From Pristiophorus japonicus (taxonomy: Eukaryota): a stretch of DNA of 64,000 nt. The DNA is taken from contig NC_091980.1 in the NCBI RefSeq assembly GCF_044704955.1, forward strand, positions 123,256,001 to 123,320,000, read 5' to 3'. Below, one piece after another: positions 1 through 12,687 of this stretch. Made by a program: the position numbers and the translations under genes. Position 1 is the stretch's first letter, and every line of letters starts with the position of its first letter. The notes under the pieces were generated by a model. The model did not search any database, was not told where the DNA came from, and saw only the letters and a program-made list of their open reading frames with translations.

Positions 1-120
1 CAGCCAACATCATTAAATCAGCTTATCTGGTCATTAAAGATTTTTCTGCATTACAACAGTACTTAATTTACTGTGAAGTGCTTTGGGACACCCCAAGTTG
101 CTATAAAAATGCAAGACTTT
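1..120 (+). mobile_element. 3' fragment of Deu-domain (SacSINE1/AmnSINE1-like) SINE
   Basis: CCAACATCATTAAA...TTATCTGGTCATT...ATTACAACAGT...GTGCTTTGGGAC...CTATAAAAATGCAAG matches the 3' half of the SINE copies at 6430-6815 and 51978-52245. Confidence 0.7.
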
Positions 121-2132
121 CATTTTTGGACTTTCTCATTTGTTTCTGGCTGTTTACTGCAGTATTATAAATAGAGCAGGTCATTACTCAATAATAAACA
201 CCGAAACAGGATGAGCTACAGTAGTATTAAAACAGCACCTAACCATGCAAAGAGTATTTTGTATGGATTTTTAATGATCTTCATGAACAATAATTCTTCG
301 CTAAATTGAATGCTGAAATAATAGCGATATTAGAAGAATAGAGCTGGGTATGTAATTAGGAGCTTACCGCACCCTATGAGTAATATATGCATGGGAGAAA
401 AAAATACATAGAAAAGTAAAACCACATGTGATCAAAGTGATTAAAATGCAGAGCCTTCAGCCATTTCAGGCAAAAAATAGTGTATGACATGACAACATTA
501 GGAGACAGTAAAAATTGAGTCCCTAATTCTGTACTTGTTTAAAATAATAAGGGTATGTGGGGGGGAAATAATCAAGGTTTGTCCTTTTAACATCTTCATT
601 AAAGCATATTCAGTAATATATTAATTATGTACAATTGTGGAGATGATGTATGACATATTTTATCAGTTGTCTGCATACTGATTATATTACTACATGGTGA
701 ATAAAATGTGCTAATTTGCTATCTTTCCCAGGTAGTACTTCATCATGTCTGCTGTTTAATGATGAGCCTTGGGGCATCTTGTCCATTTAAACTTGGGAGT
801 GGGGATTTTTCCTGATTATACTTTCTGCTGCATATCAAATTACAGGACAGAATGAGGCACCGTCTTATAATGACCGTCCCGTATTCCCATATTGCCCACC
901 TCAGATATCGAGTAATAGTGATTCTTCAACACAGACTGACGGCACCTCGTGTATTATTAGCTGAGTCTTACAGGCAGGTCCGGATCTGTGCTCAGTTTGC
1001 TGATCTCCTTTTAAGATGGCACTAAGGGTGCTATAATTAGCTTTAGTATTCCTGGGCTGGAGAAAATAAATCAGGTCAGAGCTCCTGCTTGCATTTTAAT
1101 CAAGGACCTATGCTGGACACTCTGCAGGTGTGGATGTAGGCAAGGTTGGGATTGGAGTCCGCTATAACACCCCTCCCCACATTTGAAAACCCTGCCAACA
1201 TTCACTGTCCAGGGTCATATGTGAAGATGGTCAATTGGTTGATGATCTGGAGAGTAACCGCAACCCATGGAACCCTGCCCAAACAGGAGCCAATGATTCG
1301 GTAAAGGAGAGAAAATGGTCCCAAAATTATGGGCCTATTATAATAGCTATTATCCATTGCCATTCCATTTAGAACTTGCTGTAAATGCTCAGTGTGAACC
1401 CAGCAATAGTGGCTCTTTAAAAATCTGAAAGGCAGCAACCCATTTTGTTGTATTATCAATAGGGGAAATCGAAGTTAAGCATTGCCATTTGAATGTTTTG
1501 AGAAAAACTAAATTCAGATTATTCCTAAATTTAGCAGTCCCTGTTACTGTAAAGAAATTGACTGCATGCATAAACTTCCTTGACCCCTAAACCATTGATA
1601 GACTCTTGTTAGGCGTAGGTGTGAAGGGTTACAAAACCAAGGCGGATAGACGGAGTTAAGAAGATGATTAACCATGATCTAATTGAATGGCCGAACAGAC
1701 TCAAGTGCTGAATGGCCTGCTACTGTTCCTATGTTACACATGCGATGCCAGGCTCTGTGTCCTGTCATAGCAATTGTGTGTAGAGAGAAACACAATACAC
1801 ATCCCCACAAATGTACAATGCTATTGTCCACACACTGTTTTTATAGCACATACACACAGACTCGTTAAATCACCACTTCAGTTCTTTGAATTTTTGGTAC
1901 TTGGAAACTATTATTCTCTTGTAATTAATTAATTTTTATATACTAATCGAAAATAACTTCCTAAGTCGTCGTTGTTTTACAAATTTTATCTAACTGAGCA
2001 GTTGCGGAAACCTCTAGGAAAAATAACTCCACAATAAAAAAAAACTTTAATTTTTTCCCAGAGCCCTCTTCAGAATCTAACCGCAATACATTTTTTTCTC
2101 AACTTTCTTGAATTTCTTTATTAGGAACTTAC

Positions 2133-2305
2133 CAGAATGTAGAATCACACCTGGGATTGGTGAGACAAGGGTCCGTGGCTGCATTGCAGGATGAGCTTTT
2201 TTCTAATGATGCTGTTGGAAGGCTAATTGCCCCAGACAATTCTTGTCACAATGGGCCGATTGTGGGCTTCTTCTCGGTCAAAATAAGATGTAATTCAAGG
2301 TAGGT
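2133..2305 (-). other. Candidate spliced host exon (173 nt; possible start-codon exon MQPRTLVSPIPGVILHS)
   Basis: Minus-strand polypyrimidine acceptor TTTTTCTCCTCTTGCAG and donor CTG|GTAAGT in apparently non-repetitive DNA. All three frames have stops in the 5' half; one ATG opens a frame to the donor. Peptide not recognised. Confidence 0.4.
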
Positions 2306-3585
2306 CTGCAAGAGGAGAAAAATATCAGTTCACAAAATGCAGGAAATTTTAATAAAATTGGAAAAGAACAACTGCTCTTTATTTAACCTTTTGAGCGAGT
2401 GATATATGTTTTGGACAGTCTAGGTTCAGGGACAGGACTCAAAAGCACCTTCAGAGTATAGGGGTAAGGTCCTATAGGGCTGACTTTCCACTCTTGCCAG
2501 GTGGTAATTCCGGGTTCAGGCCATTTAGATTGGCCCAACATACCCCAGGTATAGGCCCACCCCGTGACAAGGCCTTGAATCTAGAAATGGGGTTGGAAAT
2601 CGACCACAGCCACAGTCCAGAGAAGCCTGCAGGAAGCAGAAATTGCTGCTAGTTCTGAGGCCGACTAGCTACTGTCCAAAGACAGCAACTAGACGGCCTC
2701 CAGCCTGACTTTTCTTAGTGACAATGGGATAAAGGTGGCATGTAATTTTTGGGCTCATCATGGTCTTGCTGCCTTCCCCTCTGCTCCTTAGAGGGCTGGA
2801 TGCCCGGCCCAAGACCCACTATTTCTGGACACCAAGGGAAATGCCTGGAGACATCATTCACAACTGATTTGCATAGCTTCTGAATGCTCCTGCTGCTGCA
2901 GAGGTTCTGGGTGTTTACCCTATTTCTCTCATCTTCCTGTGCAATGCATGTCCTGCAGCCAAAATGGTGAATGGCTGACCTGCTTACCTCGTTTGGTTCT
3001 CAGCCTGAGAGGGGCACAGGATTACCCTCTCCCTTCCCTATGGGGAGATGTCTAACCTTTATTTTCTGCCTTTTAAGCAGTGTTTCTGAGATTGGCAACT
3101 CAGTTGCATTTGGGATCAAATTTACTTATTTCTTTTCGCTTCCCTCACTTCACCACCACCCCCCCTCCCCCGCCCCCTCCCCCCACCAAACTCCTGTACT
3201 GCCAATTATTAATGCTCTATCATGCAACGAGAGTTTCTGCCTGCTACAAGAAAACAACTTGTATTTATATAATGCCTTTAATTTAGTAAAATGTCCCAAG
3301 ACGCTTCACAGGAGTATTATAAGACAAAAAAAAGAATGACTAATCAGTTGCTCTGTTGGGGTGTCTGGAAACTTCTAAAAGGTATACTTTACACAAACCG
3401 TTTGCTACTTTTGTTTTAAAAATAGAAACCTTTTTCTTTACTTGCAGTCAAACCTCCGTTGTTTTGACTCCAATTATTTAACATCCTAGTTTGGCTAAAT
3501 GAGTTTGCTAATTTTGTCATAAGTCTGCAGATGTCAAAGAGTTGTAGAGCTGCAATTATCGCCTGTGAATGTAGTACCCAAATGT

Positions 3586-4231
3586 AGTACAGCAGGTGAT
3601 CGGGAAAACCAATGGGGATGGAGTATAAAAGCAGGGAAGTCTTGCTACAGCTATATAGGGTATTGGTGGGGCCACACCCTGGAATACTGTGTGCAGTTTT
3701 GGTTTCCATATTTACGAAAGGATATACTTGCTTTGGAGGCAGTTCAGAGAAGGTTCACTAGGTTGATTCAGGGGATGAGGGGGTTGACTTATGAGGAAAG
3801 GTTGAATAAGTCGGGCCTCTACTCATTGGAATTCAGAAGAATGAGAGGTGATCTTATCGAAACGTATAAGATTATGAGGGGGCTTGACAAGGTGGATGCA
3901 GAGAGGATGTTTCCACTGAAAGCGGAGACTAGAACTAGGGGACATAATCTTTAGAATAAAGGGCCGCCCATTTAAAAATGAGATGAAGAGGAATTTCTTC
4001 TCCTGAGGGTTGTAAATCTGTGGAATTTGCTACCTCAGAGAAGTGGAAGCTGGGACATTGAATAAATTTAAGACAGAAATAGACAGTTTCTTAAATGATA
4101 CGGGGATAAGGGAAGCGGGTGGGGAAGTGGAGCTGAGTCCATGATCAGATCAGTCATGATCTTGTTGAATGGCGGAGCAGGCTCGAGGGGTCATACTGCC
4201 TACTCCTATTCCTATTTCTTATGTTCTTATG
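3586..4231 (+). mobile_element. CR1 LINE 3' fragment (ORF2 C-terminus plus tail)
   Basis: ORF 3565-3954 contains LEYCVQFW..RKDILALEAVQRRFTRLI..LYSLEFRRMRGDLIE..RTRGH; ends in the TTCTTATGTTCTTATG tail. Confidence 0.93.
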
Positions 4232-4579
4232 AACTCAAACTCAACAAACGTACTAATCTGGGCCGAGCATTAGTCAACTTGTATTCAAGAGATTTTTTTT
4301 TAATAAAATATGTTTTCAGGCAGATTGTGACCTTGAAGCAGCCAGCAAATATCCTTCCTAAAAACTCTTAGTTGCAAGGTTTCTGTGGCCAAAGAGGAGG
4401 AGATAAATTCATTGGTCCCATACTCCTGGCAGACAGCTGCACTTAGAGAGCGTGGCTCAGAGATAGGGCTATAAAAATTCTCTTGAACCATCCTATCTTC
4501 GAATGCGGCTCCATGCTGCCAGTGCAGGGATTGTTGAATTTACTCATGCACCTGTTGCAATATAAACTTCTGAAATTTT

Positions 4580-5120
4580 GGGGTGGATTTTAACTCTACG
4601 TCCTGGCAGAAACCGAGCAGTTAGGCAGTTAAAATTGACCAGGTGACTTACCCATTGTGTCACACCACAATCCCGCTGCCTTTAATTTTAATCTGCTCCT
4701 CTGAGTAGGCATCAAAGGTATCTACCTAAAGCCAGCAGTGTCCGCTTTAAATATGTAGATCAGGGTCTTATTATTATAACCACTGTGGCTTTCCCGCTAG
4801 ATGAAGGTAAGCGAGAAGGGGATTGGAAGCAGAGAGACCATTTGTAAGTTTATCACTTTCCTTTGTGAGGCGACCTACTGTGAGATCCCCCCACCCAGCC
4901 TTTCCTCTGGAGCCCTGGTCCCCACACTTACCCGGGTGATGGCGGGTAGTCAAGGGCCACCCAAATTTCCATAGATTGACATTCTCTAGTCAGCCAGCAG
5001 CACATTAATGAGGCCAGGTGGTTAAAATCCCCATGGCCTCATTCTGTTACAAATTGGCACGAATCTAACTGAAAGCAATGGATTCCCACTCGAAACCCAC
5101 TGGCAGTTAAAGTACCTTTC
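4580..5120. mobile_element. Degenerate Harbinger-like MITE
   Basis: Starts GGGGTGGATTTTAAC; internal and terminal GTTAAAAT-like motifs; same architecture as 39390-39944. Right end decayed. Confidence 0.4.
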
Positions 5121-5587
5121 AGTTTGATTTAGAATTGTGTATTTTGATCGGGAAGCTTGGAGAAGGCAGATGTGATGAATGGCAGAGGTACATTGTGTTG
5201 CTGATTAAATCATGTAAACTCTTATACTATAAAGCTACTAAGATGTACAGTGCATCAGAACACTATTGTGTAGCACTACAGAGCAGAAGGACTTGGATTT
5301 CAGCTGACCCTTTCTCCTCCTCCCCACTCCCCACTCTGCTCAGTTCCTGATCTGGGCTGCACCAAGCAAAGAGACATTGAGTGGCGGCTACGACATCTTA
5401 CTACGTAGGGACAGAAACTAGGAGAGGGGTGGCTTACACTTTCCAGAAGCTGGTGAAAGAGTAAATTGGTGGAGGTTTTGGCACCAGAAGTTAGGGCTGA
5501 AAAAACCATTGGTGAATGAATAAATACCATCAAGAAAAAATTGTTTTTAAAAGAAAATATTGTGGGTAAAATACTTCATCAAACATT

Positions 5588-6288
5588 GGGCCTGAATTCA
5601 CGCTCCCTACGGGCATGTACAAGGTGCGCACATGCCCATGGGGTCCCTGCAAGTTCAGGGTTTAGGTATGCAAAGCGCATGCACCTAAACCCGGCACTTG
5701 CATCGCATCCGAAACTAAAAGGCCTCCGTGGATAGAGAGTAGAGCTATTTGCCCATCTCCTGCCCAGCGAATGTCCTTCAAATTCTTACGACTGATAAAA
5801 GCAGGCATAAAGCCTGTTTTTATCAGCATAAGACTTTTAAAGAGCAGAAAAATACATTAAAAAAATAATTTAAACATTTTAATTCCTGTTAAATAAGGTA
5901 AGTTTATTTTTAGACCCTTTAAAACATGTACATTTATTTTTCAAAAAATAAGATTTTAGTTTTAAATAATTAATTAAATTCCATTGTTATTAATTTGAAA
6001 TATGTGATTTTTTTTTGTGGTTATTTTCATTGTTTCTGCGTTTTTGAGGGTATTCCCATTCATACTTAGGTTGGTTCCATACCTACTCTGATAGGTTGGG
6101 CCGGCCCATGTGATCCCAGTGATGTGTACAAAACCCATACACTCCTGGGATACGTGTGCCTCTACGAAAGCCGTTGCATAGAGGCCCTGGGACCACACAT
6201 CTCCAAATTCCGGGACCACCGGGTACTTTCGTATACATTTTTGTGGTCGTTGGCATCGCGGGAAGCCTCCGACCATAATTTCTGGGCC
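5588..6288. mobile_element. Harbinger-like MITE
   Basis: Imperfect TIRs GGGCCTGAATT / AATTTCTGGGCC; 3-bp ATT on both sides; GC-rich arms around an AT-rich core. Confidence 0.65.
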
Positions 6289-6429
6289 ATTATTTTTCCC
6301 TTCCGAAATGTATCCTTCCTCTCCTGAAGGTGCTGACTCTTACTAGGTTAGGTATGGTTCCACGGGCATCGGTGGCTCACCGCTACCTCACTCAAGCACC
6401 CATTTTTTTGTGTGAGCCTAGATGTCGGT

Positions 6430-6815
6430 GTCAGCCTCTGAGTCAGAAGGTTGTGGGTTCAAGTTCCATTCCAGAGACTTGAGCACATAATCTAGTGAAC
6501 GACTGCATTCTCAGAGCGATCTTTTGCATGAGACATTACATCAACACCCCAATCTGCCCTCACGGTAGATATAAAAGATAGTGTGACACTATTCGAAAAA
6601 GAGCAGGGGCGACCTGGCCAACATTTATCTCTCAATCAACACCATGAAAAACAGATTATGTGGTCCTTATCTCATTGCTGCATCTGGGACCTTGCTGTGT
6701 GCAAATTGGTTGCCACTGTTCCCCAAAGTGACTACATTTCAAAAAAACTCTGTTGGCTGTGAAGTGCTTTGGGACTTCCTGAGGATGTGAAAGGCTACAT
6801 AAATGCAATTTTTTT
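6430..6815 (+). mobile_element. Deu-domain tRNA-derived SINE, near full length
   Basis: B-box-like GGGTTCAAGTTCC, then GAGACTTGAGCACATAATCTAG, Deu-like core (GAGCAGGGG..CCTGGCCAACATTTAT..) and tail GTGAAGTGCTTTGGGAC..ATAAATGCAA. Confidence 0.8.
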
Positions 6816-7695
6816 CTTCATTCTTTTAGATGTTGGCTGTCTATTCAACTGTGGAAGGCAGCACAGTCATGCCTAATCCTCTCCTCCATGACTCAAACAC
6901 TTGGATTTTCAGGCAATGAATGTGAAAATCTACATATATCAAAAGTTTTATCATTGCAGCAATTGTTTTGACATGAGGCCCGTACGATTAAAAGATTCCA
7001 TTGATCACCTTTTAAGTGGTGTTCACTGAACCTTGGTCCCCAAGTAAAATTCAATCTGTTGTTAAACGTAGACTTTTAAGAACTAGCTAAATGCAAAGCT
7101 GTCAACCTAGGAAAATGCCTGGGGTGTAATTTATGATCGACAAGAGTACGCGATGCTTCAACAAAGGTCAGATTTCATAGAAAAATAACTGAGACTTGAT
7201 CAGCCTACCTAAACCGCAAACTAGAAATTAAGCATTGTTCAGACAGATCTTACACTTACCCTCGAGTCAATAGGATGCTTATACAGAGGCAGCATAGAGA
7301 ACACATGAAAGCAGTATTCTGTCAGTAGACCAGAGAATTTGCAACATTGTGATAGCAGTTACAGCACTGGCAATGTCTCCTTAGTGACCTGCACTTTGAC
7401 TTCCTTGTTTGTGATTTCATTTGAACTCTCCAATTAGGTTACAGCCTTTAACTCACTCCCAATTTTTCATATTCAACATGTGAACCCCTCAATTAGATTT
7501 CAGCCAACAGCTCACTACTGGCTATCCATTATTCTATGTACAACTCTCCAAGCTCCTCCAATTAGATTACTGTCTTGTGACTGTTCCCATTCGTATTGTA
7601 AGTTAGATGGAGAATGTTAGGTGGCTGTAATTAAGTGGTTTGGGTGAACATATTTGTGTCTATCCTCAGTTAGCATGCAAACATTGTGAACTCAC

Positions 7696-7830
7696 CCAGG
7701 TACCAAGCTATTTTCCCGCCATACAGGGATGAGAGATGTTGAAATTTTATTTTACAGATTATAAATTGAAAGGAAATAGCCCTGAGTACTACAGACACAA
7801 GCACACAAGTTCGCAATCTGGCACTCTCTC
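7696..7830 (-). other. Candidate non-coding first exon ending in GTGAGT donor
   Basis: Minus-strand TGG|GTGAGT donor at 7695-7690, preceded (in minus orientation) by a GA-rich tract at 7825-7885. Upstream boundary unknown. Confidence 0.25.
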
Positions 7831-8142
7831 TCTTCCTCTCTCTCACTTTCTTTCTCTTTCTCTGTTTCTCTTTCTTTCCCCCTCCATTTTTGGATAAACA
7901 AGGTATGTGATGGGATCCACATGTAATCCTGAGGTTCCCCCACAATGACTTCTTCAGGGAAGGAAAGAAAGTCACGAAGACAGTCACCCATGCTGGTCTT
8001 GTACCCAGCACACAGTTGCTTAGAAAGTGGCACTGGTAGAGACCTGAGGAATGTAGGAATGAATCACACCCTTATTGGGGTGCAGGCCATGGAGCATGGC
8101 AGGGTGAGCATCAAAAGAAAATGTTACAGGAACTGTGCTATA

Positions 8143-8350
8143 AAAACTGAAAATGCTGGAAATACTCAGGTCAGGCAGAATCTATGGAGAGAGAAACAGA
8201 GTTAACATTTCAGGTCGATGACCTTTCATCAGAACAGACCTAAAACGCTAACTCTGTTTCTCTCTCCACAGATGCTGCCTGATCTGAGTATTTCCAGCAT
8301 TTTCTGTTTTTATTTCAGATTTCCAGCATCTGCAATATTTTGGTTTTGTA
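8143..8350. mobile_element. Foldback (palindromic) Penelope-like-derived short element with hammerhead core
   Basis: About 76-bp inverted arms (8141-8216 and 8237-8312) similar to the PLE 3' end at 17745-17830; flanked by direct repeat CTGTGCTATA (8133-8142, 8355-8364). Confidence 0.75.
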
Positions 8351-8434
8351 AGAGCTGTGCTATATTATGGTTCATTCCGACATTATAACACTGACTACAT
8401 GTCAAAAAATACTTAATTCTTACATTACAACAGT

Positions 8435-8840
8435 CACGAGACTCCTAAAACAAGTGCTCTGTGCGGAACTCCTTCACGGCAAACGAGCCAAAGGTGGACA
8501 GTGGAAACGTTACAAGGACACCCTCAAAGCCTCTCTGATAAAGTGCGACATCCCCATTGACACCTGGGAGTCCCTGGCCAAAGACCACCCTAAGTGGAAA
8601 AAGTGCATCCGGGAGGGCGCTGAGCACCTCGAGTCTCAACGCCGAGAGCATGCAGAAATCAAGCGCAGGCAGCGGAAAGAGCATGCGGCAAACCAGTCCC
8701 ACCCACCCCTTCCCTCAAAGACTATCTGTCCCACCTGTGAGAGTCTGTGGCTCTCGTATTGGACTGTACTGCCACCAAAGAACTCACTTCAGGAGTGGAA
8801 GCAAGTCTTCCTCGATTCCAAGGGACTGCCCATGATGATG
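8435..8840 (+). mobile_element. RTE LINE 3' fragment inserted in a Deu-SINE tail
   Basis: ELLHGKRAKGGQWKRYKDTLKASL...WKKCIREG, C-terminal CPTC; (ATG)n tail; 8-bp TSD ACAACAGT at 8427-8434 and 8841-8848. Confidence 0.92.
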
Positions 8841-8974
8841 ACAACAGTGACTACACTTCAAAAAGTACATCATTGACTGTACTTTGGGATGTCCGGTGGT
8901 CGTGAAAGGCGCTATATGAATGCAAGGCTGTCTTCTTTTGTTCATGCTTTGTTCACAGAGTGAAATCGTTTTTT

Positions 8975-9290
8975 TTCATTCATTCATGGGATGTAGGTGT
9001 CGCTGACAAGGCCAGGATTTATTACTCATCCATAATTGCCCTCAAGAAGCTGGTGGTTTTCTTGAACTGCTTCATTCAGTGCTACAAAAGCAAAATACTG
9101 CGGATGCTGGGTCATCAACCTGAAACGTTAACTCAGCTTTCTCTCCACAGATGCTGCCTGACCTGCTGAGATTTCCAGCATTTTCCGTTTTCTCCACAGT
9201 GCTGTTAGGGAGACAGTTCCAGGATTTTGACTCAGCGGTGATGAAGGAACGGCGATATATTTCCAAGTCAGGATGGTGTGTAACTTGTCA
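8975..9290 (-). mobile_element. 3' end of a second CR1-clade LINE family, interrupted by a PLE-derived piece (about 9083-9192)
   Basis: Reverse complement resembles the tail at 57530-57735 (GGAAATATATCGCC..CCTTCATC..TCAAAATCCTGGAAC; GGGCAATTA.GGATG..AATAAAT). Confidence 0.65.
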
Positions 9291-10704
9291 CTTTTTTGTT
9301 TCATCACATACTGTTTTAACTTTTCAATAACTTTAACCTTGTAACAACAACATACATAATATGCGCTTGAAACTTTACAATGTCCTCCCTAGACTGCTCA
9401 TAAACAGCGACTTAGGTTAACTATTGAAGACAAAACTCAAAGGGCCGAATGGCCTACTCCTGCACCTATTTTCTATGTTTAAATGACTGATTCTCTAGGG
9501 TTTATTAGAGTTCATATATAAATTGTTACCGGCACCAAAAAACTTTACTGAAGCCTGGCTTTAACTAACGAGTGTCAAAATGCAATCGTCAGTTGAAATG
9601 GTTTCATTTGTCTCTTAGTGGTGTTCCTGCCCGTTTCATCATTGCAGATTTTTGCAAGTAATTCTGTATTTAAGCGAGCGATGAGTATGTATTGAATCTG
9701 TGCCAATGGGTTATATTTCACTTTATGTGGAATAAAGAAATGAATGAAACTATGTTTGGTTTAACTGTAGCTAAATATACATCATGTGTAAGTAACATAA
9801 TATATTTCATGTAAATTGCAAATGAAGAGAAAAAGATTTGCCGAACCCCTGTGATGTAGATGGAGTTCTTTTAGAGTGAACAGTCCCCCCTCCCCCACCC
9901 CCATCCCCCATCCCCTTAGGTGCAGTGCTAAGCTGTATGGATTTGAAGATCCCAGCTTTGATTTTTAGTTAACTAATCTGATTCAGAGCAGCAATCAGGA
10001 TGCTGAAAATGTCTTTGGTATCCCTGGTGTAAGGAGAAGAAGAGCTAACAGTCATGGTTCCTGTTCCTCATCACTGTCTCATTTCATGTTTAAGCCATCT
10101 TCTATTAGAAAAGTGCAAACATGTGGGCACCACGGTGGTGAGGACTGGATCATGCTGGGCTTTGACGCCACCCATTGCCAAATAGTCTGCAGACTCATCG
10201 ATGGAGAATGGCCGCAGTGGCTATATACCAAAGGCACTATTGCAACCATACACCATCATGAGCCAACACCGTCAAGGAAAACAGAGAGAACATTGGCACA
10301 GAAAATGAATAGTCAGTTATTCTTGGATACCTATAAGATATTCAAAGGAAACAATTTACTGACACAAATGACTAAGCATTTCACAGTTATATTGTTGCCA
10401 TGGTACATGGGAGAAAGGGAAATATTCTTGAGATAATTGTTAAACATGTATTCATAATTGAGGAGCTGATACTTCTAAAGCTTTTCTGTAGTAACATGAA
10501 ACATTTATTGTTACAAAAATGTGAGCGGGTTAAGTCAGGATTTCTCATTCTCCAGGTAGAATAACATTGATGTTAATGTTGGAAACTCTCATTAGATAGG
10601 CCGTAAATATGATTACATTTATTTCTTTTCAGTGTTGATCTTTTATTTGCAGGAAAAAATGCAAATATTCCTTCCAAAATACAGTCCATATCATTGAAAA
10701 TAAG

Positions 10705-11745
10705 TACTGTAGTGTGGTGGTTATGTTGCTGGACTAGTAATCCAGAGGCTCGAGTTAATAATCCAGAGAACATGGCAGTGTGAGAAGTTGAATTCAGCTT
10801 TTTTTTAAAAAGCTGGAATAAAAAGCAAAGTAACCATGAAGCTGTTGGTTTGTTGTAACAAATCCAATTGCGCACTCCTCTCCTTTAGGGAAGGAAACCT
10901 GCCATCCTTACCCGGTCTGGCCTATGTGTGACTCTAGTCCCACACCAAAGTGTTTGGGGGAGAAATTAGTCTACTTTGCGCCTCCCGTTAGCACATCCGG
11001 AGGGGCAGTAACAGGGTGCTAAGGGGTGCCTCACCAGGCGCGGCAAAATCACCAACACCCACGAACTTTCCTGTTGGGTTAGCGCTGGCGCTAAAACTTA
11101 CCGCCTCGATCTCTTGCGGCCCATAGATCGTGACATTATCCAGTGTGCAGCGCCCTGTTACTGCCCCGGATGTAAATTTTGCTTCCCCTGCCGCCCCCCC
11201 CCCCCCCCCCCCCCGCAGCATTGCCGGGGTTCAACAACAGCAGTTGCAGGAGGCATTGTCATTTCGGCTGCCGCTTCAGGAGTGCTAATTAAAGGCAGTG
11301 GTGGTCAGGTAGGGCAACGTAGCATTTTGATTTTGTTCCAGCCCACGATTGATCAGCCCTGCACTCTCTTGGAGTGCTTGGGGCTGCTATGTGCATATCG
11401 CAGGTGCCATGCCCAACATCCACAACCTTAGGCTTCAATGACCGCAGTATTATCCCTTCCCTTTAAGGGATGGAAAGAGCCTGTAAAACTGACAGCACTA
11501 CACGGAACATTGCTCAGCGCTCTGCCGCTACCACCCTTCTCACTCCCTTTAGCGCTCTAAGGGATGTGGTTGCCCTCGATTTAGCGCTCCACTTCCCTCT
11601 TGGAACACTAAAGCGGAAGTTCCCGTCAGAATCAATTGTATAGCGCCCGGCAACACTATTGCGCTCCTTCAAAAGTTATCGCCCCAAACAGGGCACTAGG
11701 CAATTTCTAGCCCAACAATAAATACTGGCCTCGCCAAAAATGAAT
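10705..11745 (+). mobile_element. Shark-type SINE (GGACTAGTAATCCAGAG head) split by a MITE
   Basis: GGACTAGTAATCCAGAGG...CCTTTAGGGAAGGAAACCTGCC..CCTTACCCGGTCTGGCCTA; tail AATAAATACTGGCC resumes after the MITE. Confidence 0.6.
10956..11713. mobile_element. Harbinger-like MITE
   Basis: Ends GGGGGAGAAATT / AATTTCTAGCCC; GC-rich with repeated TAGCGC motifs; TSD not preserved. Confidence 0.6.
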
Positions 11746-12304
11746 TAAAAAAAATATTCCCAATGCCCTAAGATTAAGTGTATTTAACAGTAACTAACCT
11801 GAAAAATTGGAAGATCTGTGCTGTTTTGTTTTTAGTAAAAGTAATATTAAAAAGGGAAGTGTAATGATGGCTGCAGTAAGGCTTCATAGGTAGATGGCTC
11901 CATTTTCTTGAAGCCTTTCATGTTCTCATGATGCCATGAGATAAAGGCAGGTAACGTGGAGCAGACATTTTGTGATCTAAGGCCAGGGAAGTCTTTCACA
12001 ATGGGTTTTTCTGGTTTTGAGATTTGGCTTTAGATAATCTATAATGCCAGATATAAAATAGAATGAGAAAAAAAGTGGGAATGCTGGAAATCTGAAATAA
12101 AAACAGAAAATGCTGAAAATGCATGTTAGATCAGTTAAAATCTGTAAAGTGAAAAGACAGATTGCAATATTTCTGATTACACACTCAAAATATTAACCTG
12201 TCTTTTCTCTTCACAGATACTGCTTTTCTGTTTCCATAGCCGATGGGATGGGTACATACCAGTCCCCTATTGTGAAAAGGGGTAACTGTTCTTCTTAACG
12301 TTTA

Positions 12305-12437
12305 AGAACATAAGAATTAGGAGCAGGAGTAGGCCATACGGCCCCTCGAGCCTGCTCCGCCATTCAAAAAGATCATGGCTGATCTTCGACATCAACTCCA
12401 CTTTCCCACTCGATCCCCATATCTTTTGATTCCCTAT
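12305..12437 (-). mobile_element. CR1 3' tail fragment
   Basis: AAGAACATAAGAATTAGGAGCAGGAGTAGGCC is the reverse complement of the CR1 tail. Confidence 0.8.
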
Positions 12438-12579
12438 GGAAGAGGTACTGATTTGCCCTCGGATAAATATAGCCCATGCAATTGTGCCACGTTAAAACAA
12501 CGATAGAATGAATTGCAAGAGTTTGGCTGCGTAACTCACACACTCATTGAGTTGCTCATTTGTTTGTGATAAATATAAT

Positions 12580-12687
12580 GGGGTAGATTTTCAACACACC
12601 ACCCGGGCAATGGAAATGAGAATTAAGCGGTTTCTATAACAAACAGCTAATCCAAAACGCCCGAGTGGCAAATTAGAAATCCACCCC
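12580..12687. mobile_element. Very short Harbinger-like MITE (108 bp)
   Basis: TIRs GGGGTAGATTT / AAATCCACCCC; flanks AAT and AAC. Confidence 0.55.
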
